From the NCBI GenBank assembly GCA_038496445.1, contig JALMLS010000173.1, positions 62,001 to 126,000 of the forward strand: 64,000 nt of DNA, written 5' to 3'. Both the position numbers and the translations under genes were made by a program. The stretch is from Trichosphaerium sp. ATCC 40318 (Eukaryota; Protista; Tubulinea). Of this stretch, positions 1 to 10,422 are shown one piece after another; the stretch's first letter is position 1, and every line of letters begins with the position of its first letter. The notes under the pieces are model-generated. The model was not told the origin of the DNA. It made no database searches and saw nothing but the letters and a program-made list of their open reading frames with translations.

Positions 1-460
1 TTGCAAAGCATTTCAAGACTCCTTTGGAAGCTTACAAAGCTCTGAGAGTAGTTAAAAAAGCATCTGATCTACTTCATAAACACCGTATTAGGGATCTATC
101 TTCAGAGACTGATCATAGATTCTATCCTTTTATAACCAGTTGTAAACCTTCCGTAGACAATGATATATCAAGTTTTGTTGACGCTGTAGGTGTCATAGAT
201 CAAATCAAAGATGTACGTAAACAAATCACAAAAAGAAATAAACCGATTATTAAATACTTTTTAGAAAGTCATAGAGTATACTATCCTCGACCCAGATCAG
301 TCTTTTGAGGATGAGGAACAAGCAAAACACCCCGAGATTGTTGAGGAGGTTCATAAAATGTTAGGTGAGTTGTTTTTGCTTATCGAGTATTGCATCTGAA
401 GTAGGAACTTTTTTTTCCATCATAAAACTTCACAAAATAGACAGTTCTTACTCTGGTTTT

Positions 461-590
461 AGAAAGTGTTGCTAATAACCCTGTCGTTGGTGTAAGTATT
501 GGAGGAGAAGCATGCAACCCATTTCCTGCGTTTGTTTGTTGTAAGCTTTCACCTACTATCATCGGTGGGCTTATTACTGGAATTTGCTGG
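461..590. repeat. Dispersed repeat, second copy at 50161-50280
   Basis: TAATAACCCTGTCGTTGG..GTAAGTATTGGA..AGAAGCATGCAA..CCTACTATC..CGGTGG..TACTGGAATTT occurs in the same orientation at both places. Confidence 0.8.
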
Positions 591-924
591 ACATAGATAA
601 ACAATGATCAAATTACATAAACCATTACAACAATTACATAATATCGATTAGCCTCACAGAATTAGTAGTACTACTTGTCCACTTTATTTGTCAAATCCAT
701 GCCCATTTACAGCCCTTTGTAATATTAAAGATAACTTAGCCACCTACGTTTTTCGGTGATTTGACGTAAACTAATGCTGACAATGGAGAAAACACGTGTA
801 CAGCCATATTTGTGAAGTTCATCTTTTTTGTAATTCTTTCTACTTAATTCAAGTGCTTGTTTGGCGATTTACTTGTACGTGTACTTGTATGAGATAAGGC
901 TTTCCGAAAAATGATTTTTCTTCT

Positions 925-1425
925 ACATTACAGTGCTCAACAGTGAAGTTAGCTCAGGCACGTGTTAAGTCACGGACAATAAAAGTGCGTAATCAAACAT
1001 TGGCAACACATAACTCACTGAGGTACATTAACAACACAACACTAAAACAAAGCTAAACCGAAAACCAGGTTGTTTGTAGTTCTTTGTAAACTCACTTTTT
1101 TTGTTTTTAAATCGCCTAACATCAGCTTTGTAGTACTCTCGTTTAAACCAGTGGCAATAATATACAGGTCATTCACAGGAAAGCCTATCCACAAAGGTAA
1201 ATAGCTCGTCAAAAAAAACACATGATAATCTAGTGCCACGATTATTTTTTCGGTTTTAATGTCTTGTATTGAGTTTGGCACTTTTTTCCTTTTCGCATAA
1301 ATCTAAGTCTTTACCTCGCTCAATTTCGGTGTAATTTCCGTGTACTTTCCGTGTAATTTCGAAATATTTGGCGTGGCTTTCCTGTTGTATTTTGAAGAAA
1401 TCGTTAGTTTTGCTCTTAATCACAT
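925..1425. repeat. Upstream module shared with 22840-23260; partial third copy near 42920-43015
   Basis: Colinear blocks GCTCAACAGTGAA, TGTTAAGTCAC, GAGGTACAT..ACAACACAACAC, GAAAACCAGGTTGTTTGT, GCTCGTCAAAAAAAACAC and TAAGTCTTTACCT lie ahead of both MORN gene copies. Confidence 0.75.
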
Positions 1426-1593
1426 TTCATTTGACAAAGCTGTTTACAAATGGATTTAAAAATTCGACGTATTTCCTCGGCTTTAGTCGAATATTCTTTC
1501 AGGTTTTATGTTGAGACAGCCAACAACTATTACTTGTTCTGTGAACAATTGTATCGGAATTAACTCTTGTTCAAGGGACAGATCGAAAATTAG

Positions 1594-2175
1594 ATGTGCT
1601 CGTTATTGGATCTTCCATGTGAACTTCAAAAGTACATTTGTACTTTTAATCGTGAAGCATTCACAAAGTTTCATACACTATCAAAGACAGCTGCAATGAA
1701 TACACACTTTAATGAGGCACTGCAGCCAAAAGGAATATGGATAAGATGGTACAAAAGTGGAAAAGTATGTGGCCATGTACATGCAAAGAATGGGTTATGT
1801 ACAACGTGGTATGAGAATGGACAACTTTCAGCGCAATATAAGTTCGTTGATGGTAAAATCCATGGCAAAGTAGTAACGTGGTATAAAAATGGGGCCCTCT
1901 TGGAACAAAGCATATCTGTCAATGGTAAAAGGAATGGACAAGTGAAACAATGGTATGAGAATGGGACTCTTATGTTACAAAACTCATGGGTGGATGGTAA
2001 GCTACATGGCAAATACATGGACTGGTATAGCAATGGAAATCTTAGATCCCAATCCTCATGGGTAGATGGTAAGCGACATGGTGAATACACGCTATGGTAT
2101 GCGAATGGATCCCTTTTCCAACAAGGTATGTATATCAATGGTAAACTTTATCAAAATGAAGCAAAGGTTCGGTAG
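1594..2175 (+). CDS. Intronless F-box-like + MORN-variant (YwqK-like) repeat protein
   Basis: N-terminal LLDLPCELQKYI (F-box-like) followed by several 24-aa repeats of the form WYxNGxLxxQxxxVDGKxHG. Confidence 0.85.
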   Translation: MCSLLDLPCELQKYICTFNREAFTKFHTLSKTAAMNTHFNEALQPKGIWIRWYKSGKVCGHVHAKNGLCTTWYENGQLSAQYKFVDGKIHGKVVTWYKNGALLEQSISVNGKRNGQVKQWYENGTLMLQNSWVDGKLHGKYMDWYSNGNLRSQSSWVDGKRHGEYTLWYANGSLFQQGMYINGKLYQNEAKVR

Positions 2176-2783
2176 ATTCTACAACATAGAATAAAAAGTG
2201 ATGGCTTTCTTTATGTGATTTTTCAAAACTATTGCTTTCTTTAACATCATTCTTACCCAAACCTTTGTAAAAATCATGTACACATGTTGGGGAATAAACT
2301 ATCTTGTTTTTTCATTATGTGTACTCATCTGTGGAACGTTTCTAATAGGCTTAGTCATTATGAAACACTTTGCAAATATATTGTCGCTGAGTATACGTCA
2401 TGTCAACTTCGGTAGCACAAAGCTGGTTTTGCAGATTTGCAATCCCACAAAGTAAATTCTGCTCGCTTCTTCTTGCATATGTTTGGACAAGGGTCTTCTC
2501 CTATGTGGAACGAAGATGGGAGCGTTTCTGGATTAAGACATTCGGGATGGGGTCTTCTACTAAGTGTAAGGCAGATAGAAGCGATTCTATACTAAGAGAA
2601 TCGACCATATGTTGATAGAACTTGCACTGCTCGTTTTATCATTGTCGTCTACTCATTTCCTCTGTTAAGAGCTATGCCACTTATTCTCAACTAAAAACAC
2701 TAGTATATATATATCATGTAAGTATACATCATTACCCAACAACTACCTCATTCGGGCTAACTGAACTATTTCATCTTTACAGG

Positions 2784-3070
2784 CTACACTAAAGTGGTAA
2801 AGGTCTTATCATTATGTTGCTTTGTCCTTTCCGTTGTGGTTGCTGGTGGACGAAGGAACTTACCAAACCACTTCTGCATCTCTTTGTTTACTTCTTCTCT
2901 CGGTTTTCCATTCATATTCCATCGTTTAATCTCTCCTACTTCTCCACAAGCCCAAATACTCTCAACTGTAAGTTGTCCATTCTTTAGATTCACCATGTCG
3001 TTTACCATCAAGCCAGTTGCTGATTGATATAAGTTGTACACTGTCATACCATTTCTTAGTTTCCCCTTAC
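2784..3070 (-). pseudogene. Truncated, internally deleted inverted copy of a MORN-repeat gene (3' part plus downstream flank to ~2645)
   Basis: ESIWACGEVGEIKRWNMNGKPREEVNKEMQKWFG is nearly identical to 24170-24340; flank 2645-2790 is the reverse complement of 24360-24655 minus a ~140-bp block. Confidence 0.8.
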
Positions 3071-3850
3071 ATGTAATAATAGCTGTTGGTACATTTCAAT
3101 TTGTAAAACCACGTGATATGGAAAAATAAGCCACAACGTTAACCAATACCAAGTTTATTGTAAAAACATCACACAAGCGCTTATGTATGAGCCCAATGGC
3201 AGGTATAGTTTACGCTATGAAATTTGATAATGTAAGAATCCCTTCCGACACTGTTGAGCAACTCTAGGTGACATGCGATTCAGTTAGCAAGAACTGTATT
3301 CAAAGCTATCTTTCCATGAAGTTAATCGTGTGCTCTAGTGCCACTTTTAGAAAATAGCTTTCTATTGTGCATATTAAACTCAGGCTACATTGATCCAGGT
3401 AGCGTAGTAGCCGAACAGACGGGTTCTCTCCTCCAATCTGCTAGTGTTGTACTACCAAGTATAAATGCAAGGTGTCGTTAACTGAATAGTACTAGATTTG
3501 TAGATTGAGAGGTCTACGTCCACGAATTCAATTATTTCTACAAAAACGAATGATACCTGGTACTATTGTAAGTACACAAGGTATGAATGTTCATGTCTTC
3601 CATCATTGTAGAAGTAATACTGTATATGCCATAAAAGGTGGGTACAAGGTGGCTATAGTTACAAGTTAGCTGCACATTGCAAGCGTATCACATAGAAATA
3701 AACGACTAACAATTTTTACTATATTCTAACTGTTGAGTCCACGAGCGTGAATGTCTTCAAGGAAGATTTTATTGTTTGTTGTCTAAGCTGCTTGGTTGTT
3801 ACTTTAATGGGAGGGATATCGTCATCCTGTTATTGCTCCTTTAAGGTTCT

Positions 3851-4707
3851 TCAATTGTTTTCGGTATCTATTATGGCAGATGCTAGTACATCAAAAGCTT
3901 CGTTTACTAAAAACAAGTACTTTAAAAGAGTATGCGAGTACTTATGTTCTAACATACCGTTTATGTCATCTTTGGCTGATGTTTCAATGAACTTTATCTT
4001 GAGTTGATCAGCTAATGCCTGATATGAATATCAAAAGACAGTACTTTCTTTACAATACAACTTATTGACTTTACCTTGGCGACAGCAGTGTCAACAACAC
4101 GGTCATCTGTTAGATCACTTTTTGTTCCAACAAGTATTATTTGTACATTATCCATTGCATATCGTTCAACCTCTTTTAGCCACCGTTTTACATTATCAAA
4201 AGACCCCTGGCGTGTAATATCATATAAAATCAAAACACCTTGAGTACCTCCCCATTGACTACTATATCTACATCGGGTGCGGAATTGTACCTTACCTATA
4301 GAAACATATTTAAAAAAACCCTCATGTAGCAACAAAACGAGAAAGCATACCGCAAGTATCCCAAACTTGTAGTTTTATTCGGTGGCCATCGACTTGAATT
4401 GTTTTTTCCCTCTACAAAAACATGAGCTAGAATTTCTAACACGTGATATGTCAAAACTAAAATGTAAGCAGCATATTGGTGGGAGAACAACGTTTTGGCA
4501 TTGTTTGCATGTTGCGTATTACGTACAAATTCATCTATTGTGGTGTAATGAACTGGAAATGTGTCATCAACGAATCTCAGTACAAATTTTGTCTTTCCAA
4601 CACCCATATCACCAATAGTACTGACTTTGAAAAAACCATCACTACAACTCAATGTAAGCTACGGTAACAAGCCTAAAAACAAATGTACTATTCTCTTCTC
4701 GTAGCAT
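3851..4707 (-). CDS. Divergent Rab1-like small GTPase, copy 1 (spliced; no clean in-frame start found, may be a pseudogene)
   Basis: Exons give FKVSTIGDMGVGKT / REKTIQVDGHRIKLQVWDTCG / GVLILYDIT..SFDNVKRWLKEVERYA..ILVGTKSDL / FIETSAK, with GT-AG introns at the same positions as copy 2. Confidence 0.8.
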
Positions 4708-6266
4708 ATGCTGGATATTTTGGAGGGGCTACAAGTGCGTAAGTCAATCTACTGTTACGCTTGATAACCACAAGGTTGGTGTACTGACATACCTCTAATT
4801 GTCGCTTTACTGCTTTTACTTCCCATTTACTTGATTTTAGTAAATCTGTAGTTTACATTTCCAGTTTAAGTTAATTGTTGTCTTGTTTAAGGCAGGCCTC
4901 CAAAGAGTCCGATAGTCTCATTTACCTCACTATTGGGTGGCAAGAAGGCGCTTCCTGTACATACAGGACAGTTTTATGATTTACTAAGATCAATTGATTT
5001 TTATTTGTCTTTTTTCGCCCAAAGGCTAGTTCAACACGTGATTCAGAGTCGCTTGATTTTTTTGTATGAAACGAGTTCTTAAATATTTGGTATCTTACAC
5101 TACGAGAACAGTTTCCATTGTGTTGATATTAATGAACGTAAATAAGTCACAATATTGAAAAAGTGTATACTGCGTTTATCAGCCATAAAAACTCACCTCA
5201 TGTTAAAATGGTAAGCGAACCTGTGAACTCTACAATTCTAGTTCTATAAGCTGTTGACTGTTAATGATGTAGCTTTACACACTACGTGATAGTGTATCCT
5301 GTCTTATGCGAATCCAATTGTGTACTTCCCAACACCACTAGCGATAGGCGGTTAATAAAACGGTTTTTTAAAATAACAAAAAGGAATAAGCGCCAAACAT
5401 GTGTTACTAGCAGACAACTAGCGAGATAAAAAGCTTTTCGCCCGATTTTTGCGACAAGCTCGCGGTATAACGTAATAGAGAGCGTAAAGGTATCCAGGCA
5501 GGCTACATTACTTCCATAGCAAGCATTACAATATATTTTATCGCCGTGATTGCTTATTTTGCCAAGGATAAGTTAAATTAGATTTTGTTTGACGCGGTAT
5601 TTACCTTTATAAAGCGCTATCAAGGTTAGCATGTGCGTTGTACATTTCTCGCGTTGGTTAATGTGCTTAACTGTCAATTGTATCATCTATTTTTTTGGAT
5701 TGATATTTATTACATCACTCTGCTCAGCTTATCTCTGGATGTGCACACTGAAAAGAATATATCAGGATACATTGTCAGGTAATTATAAGTGCAACAAAGG
5801 ATGGCATAAAATTGTTTAACGGTAGTCCAATTGCTTGTGGTTTGAGAAGGAAGGATGTTATTTTTGTCAACAATTTCGTTATTCCGTAATGTGAATCAAA
5901 TGTTATCAATAACCTGTAGTGCTACTCAGAAGTGTTGTGAACACCTATCAACAATTCTTGTCAAGTTGTAATACTAAACATATCTTCTCAGATTTATTGT
6001 CTTTAGACTAGTCTTGTGAGTTGTAAGTAGCATCGTATATGAGTTGTTATGTGCTTGTAATGCATAGTACAATAGTTGGAGGTGAAGAACTGTTGAAACC
6101 AGCAGCGTGTAAGAACACGATACAATGAACTTATAGTTACATTCATTGCTGCTACCATATAGGGATATAGATACAGTAGTAGGAGGTGCAGTTGTAGCAG
6201 TTGTTGATAGTTGTATTGGTGCAGTTGTGGTGATGCTGTTGTCAGATAATGGAAACACATGAGATT

Positions 6267-7326
6267 CAGGTCTAAAAATTAAAGTGGTATATACCAGTTT
6301 TTTTATGGTATATACCACTTTTTTCAACAAAATGGTATATGGACTGGTATATACCATTTTGAAATACCACTTTTTTTAGAAATTAAGTGAATAAAAAAGT
6401 GGTATATGGAAGTGGTATATACCACTTTTCATTCACATAATGAGACCTTCTAAAAATGGTATATAAAGTGGTATATACCATTTTTTTATGGTATGTGGTA
6501 TATACCACCTTTTTATTGGTATATACCACTTTTATGGTATGCTTCAAGAAGGTCATTAAGGAGCTTTTTGGTAATGGGTTTTCTTATTGAACGATCATAG
6601 ACGTCATACATTGAACGGTGCGTAGATACCTTAGTATATCATAGAATCTAACCAAACCAGGCTCATTCGAACCGCAGGACCTGATTACAGTACCATCATT
6701 AAGGAAACTATATTGCAGGTATTATACAGACGTTCGTGGGTACCAGACAAAGTTTTATTTTATTTTCGTTTGATATACATTAACCGACCTCTGTAGGCCT
6801 TATTAATTGATGGATTCAGGTGGAACCACTTTCATTAGGTGCGCAGCATGTTTTTACAGTAGGTACAGCAAGCTCACGGAGATGGACGAATTTTCCAGAC
6901 GCCCATAGTAATGTAACTGTAGTGGACATTGTCCAAAACTTGTAACTCACAAACTGTGTATTAAATAAAGTGTATTTTCTGGAATTGCAGGTGTACCATA
7001 AGTAGGCATAAAGTGGTATATAAGAGTGGTATATACCATGAAAAATTGGTATAAAAAAGTGGTATATAACTGGTATATACCTAAAAAAAGTGGTATAAAA
7101 AAGTGGTATATTTTTTTTTTTCTGGTGAAAAAAAGTGGTATATTTTCTGTTTTTATACCTGTTTTTTTTGGTATATTGTTGGTATATTTGGTCAATATAC
7201 CACTTTTTTTGGTATATTTCAGTCAAAATATACCACTTTTTTTGGTATATACCATAAAAAACTGGTATAAAAAAGTGGTATAAAAGTGGTATATACCAAA
7301 AAAACTGGTATATTTTTTTAGACCTG
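6267..7326. mobile_element. Non-autonomous TIR (foldback-like) DNA transposon, 1060 bp
   Basis: TIR CAGGTCTAAAAA...TTTTTAGACCTG; flanked by TT on both sides; dense subterminal arrays of AAAGTGGTATATACCA in both orientations at both ends. Confidence 0.85.
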
Positions 7327-7615
7327 TTGAGGGCTCTACTCCACAGATTCAATCAGTTCGTTAGTATATACTATTGTAAGTACACAAGAATTGTTTGGGA
7401 TACTTATTGTTCACTTGCTCATAGCTTCAATCAATGTAGAAGTAATACTGGATATGCCGTAACAGGTGGGTGCCAGGAGGTTATTGTGTATACAGTTAGG
7501 GTCACGAACAAGCACAATATCTTTTATTTAACTAAAAGAACAACTGTTGTCTCATGGATGTCTTTATAAATTGTTATGAGTTGTTCATTTTATGAACCTT
7601 TTGATGTTGCTTTGA

Positions 7616-8484
7616 TTATAGGGATAGATTGATATTGTTTGATTCTTCAATTGTTTCTATTATGGCAGATGCTAGTGCATCAAAAGCTTCGTTTACTAAA
7701 AACGCAAGTAAGAAACTGCATTAAAATGTTACATACCGTTTACGTCATCTTTGGCTGATGTTTCAATGAACTTAATCTTGAGTTGATCAGCTAATGCCTG
7801 ATATGAATATCAAAAGACAGTACTTTCTTTACAATACAATATTATTGACTTTACCTTGGCAACAGCAGTGTCAACAACACGGTCATCTGTTAGATCACTT
7901 TTTGTTCCAACAAGTATTATTTGTACATTATCCATTGCATATCGTTCAACCTCTTGTAGCCACGGTTTTACATTATCAAAAGACGTTTCGCAAGTAATAT
8001 CATATAAAATCAAAACACCTTTAGCAGCTCTGACAGTACGTGGCATTTTATGTGTCATGAATCGTTCCCGCCCTATACAAAACATATTTAATAGCAAACC
8101 CTCATGTAGCAACAAAACGAGAAAGCATACCGCAAGTATCCCAAACTTGTAGTTTTATTTGGTGGCCATCAACTTGAATTGTTTTTTCCCTCTATGAAAA
8201 CATGAGCTAGAATTTCTAACACGTGATATGTCAAACTAAAATGTAAGCAGCATATTGATGGGAGAACAACGTTTTGGCATTGTTTGCATGTTGCGTATTA
8301 CATACAAATTCATCTATTGTGGTGTAATGAACTGGAAATGTGTCATCAACGAATCTCAGTACAAAGTTTGTCTTTCCAACACCCATATCACCAATAGTAA
8401 TGACTTTGAATGAACTATTACTACAATTCAATGTAAGCTATGGTAACAAGCCTAAAAACGAATGTACTATTCTACATTCGACAT
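7616..8484 (-). CDS. Divergent Rab1-like small GTPase, copy 2 (six exons)
   Basis: MSNVEY|NSSFKVITIGDMGVGKT..TIDEF|REKTIQVDGHQIKLQVWDTC|GRERF..ILVGTKSDL..|ALADQLKIKFIETSAKDD|..; consistent splice phases; part of a tandem duplication of ~3560-6000 at ~7369-8845. Confidence 0.85.
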
Positions 8485-8897
8485 TTTAGTATTCACTGGA
8501 GGGTTTGAAGGCACTACAAGGTGTAAGTCAATCTACTGTTACACTTGATAACCACAAGGTTGGTATACTGACTTACCTATACTTTTTCCATCTTTGCTGC
8601 TTTTACCGCCCATGTCACTCTATTTTAATAAATCTGTAGTTTATTTACCCCTTAATCGAAACAATGACTTAATGATGTCATGCTTTCTCGTACATAGTTC
8701 GTTATTCCGTAATGTGAATCAAACCTATGTTCTGAATAACTTGTAGTGCTACTCACAAGTGTTGTGAACGCCTGTCAACAATTCTTGCATATTCTGTTTT
8801 TCAATGTCAAGTTGTTAATACAAAACATATCTTCTAGGATTAATATTGAAATCTGTAGATAAACTTGAGGTTTACTAAGTAAATTCTTATCTTTTAA

Positions 8898-9973
8898 GGG
8901 GGCAGTCCCCAGAAATTATATTTGGAAAGTTTTATGTTAAGTCACTCAGTTTTCAACTGCGCTTTAAACTATATTATACATTCTAGTGCTTGAGCAGTAG
9001 TTTTCCCTGTATCAAACAAGCGCTACACGGGATTATAGTTTGCAAAACAGACCCTTGTCCTTAAAACGAATTAATCTTCTCAAGGTGTATTTTTACAAGT
9101 GCGTAATACACTTTTGGATGCATAAAAGTGAGTTTAGTGTCAAACAAACCGAAAAATCACATAACTTGCCAAAAAAAGCGAAATTGTAAAAACAACATAT
9201 TTTTATAGCCTCGATAGCGTTTTTGTAATGGCTTATTCGCATTTAAAGGAAAAAAAAGTTGGTGTGTACAGTTGTAACAAAAATCCACAAAAGGTAGACC
9301 TCAGAGTATCTTAGAACGTGTTTGAGAGGTGTTTCAATGTACATGCAAAGATTTAAAGCCTGTTTTAAAAAAAAAACCCTTACTGTTTTTAAAAGTACTG
9401 TGTACCACGTTTTTACAGCGTTTTTATACCTCACACATACTTTATATGCATTGTAAATAGTAAAGTAGAAATACTACGTTTCTCATCCATCGTTATTGTT
9501 CATATTCCACTAACACGCTTTTGTACAACATTTAAACCGCTTTGTCAGTGGTAGGGGTTGGTAGGGGTTGGTAGGAGAAAGTTGCTACAGTTACTTTTTT
9601 TTTTCTACCTTTAAACTGAACACACAAAGCTGCAACTGTCTGTATACACATAAAAGCATATAAAAACGTTATTGAAAGCATAGAGAAAGGCATTAACACT
9701 CTCATAAGCTTAAAAACTTAAAAATAATGCCCGAAAAAGAAGGTGCTATTAAGCCGTGGACTGGTATAGGTAGTCTAAGGCTTTACCACCATTGACCATT
9801 GGCAGCAAGTTTGTTTTGCTTTTTTAGTGATGTTTTTTTTTGTTTTGTTGCCTCATGTTGCCTAGTAAACTGTGATCTGGTATCACAGTTTGCATCTATT
9901 GAGGGATCACTTGTACCTTTCCTGTTAAGTTGTCCAGGTATAGGTATGCTAACTGTGTTAAGTTACTGCCCCC
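8898..9973. mobile_element. Non-autonomous Kolobok-like DNA transposon, 1076 bp
   Basis: TTAA|GGGGGCAGT ... ACTGCCCCC|TTAA. A TTAA target duplication with purine (GG) 5' termini fits Kolobok rather than piggyBac; no transposase ORF. Confidence 0.8.
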
Positions 9974-10422
9974 TTAAGTCTACTATTATTGTCTGACATA
10001 CCCAACAATAAGTAAAATGGGCGGTAAACACATAGCAGAGGAAAAACAAAGGTATTTATAATGCTTACTTTCATTTAACCTTACATTTCCTTTGCTGGTT
10101 ATTTTGTTGCTGTTAACAGCAGTTTGGTTTAATTGTAATATACATAGACTCTCACATGGAGTTACTGGTGGAAACCCAGAGTTTTTGTTTTGACAGATCT
10201 CACAAGTTGTAAGAACTAACAGAAGTTGCAAAATCTGTCAGATCAGACACAAAGAGCAAAAAGTTGCAAAGTTGTGCAAACTTGAACGATATGGACAATG
10301 TGGTAACAAATAATATAACCGAAACAATTAAAGTGGTGCTCAAAAAAAGTGAGCCTTGCGCTCTATTTATTATGAACAATTTACCTTTAACATTCTGAAT
10401 TGATACAATCGCTTTGTGCTCT

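Noticed and set aside
1594-2175. Bacterial toxin-antitoxin system (YwqK antitoxin label)
   Set aside because: Only the repeat type is shared; no toxin partner, and the context is eukaryotic
6280-6540. Regularly recurring short repeats resembling a CRISPR array
   Set aside because: Repeats are short, in both orientations, lack unique constant-length spacers, and no cas genes are present; eukaryotic context
6816-7352. ORFs of 82-178 aa with YTTFF/KKWYI repeats
   Set aside because: Artefacts of translating the GGTATATACC subterminal arrays of a TIR element
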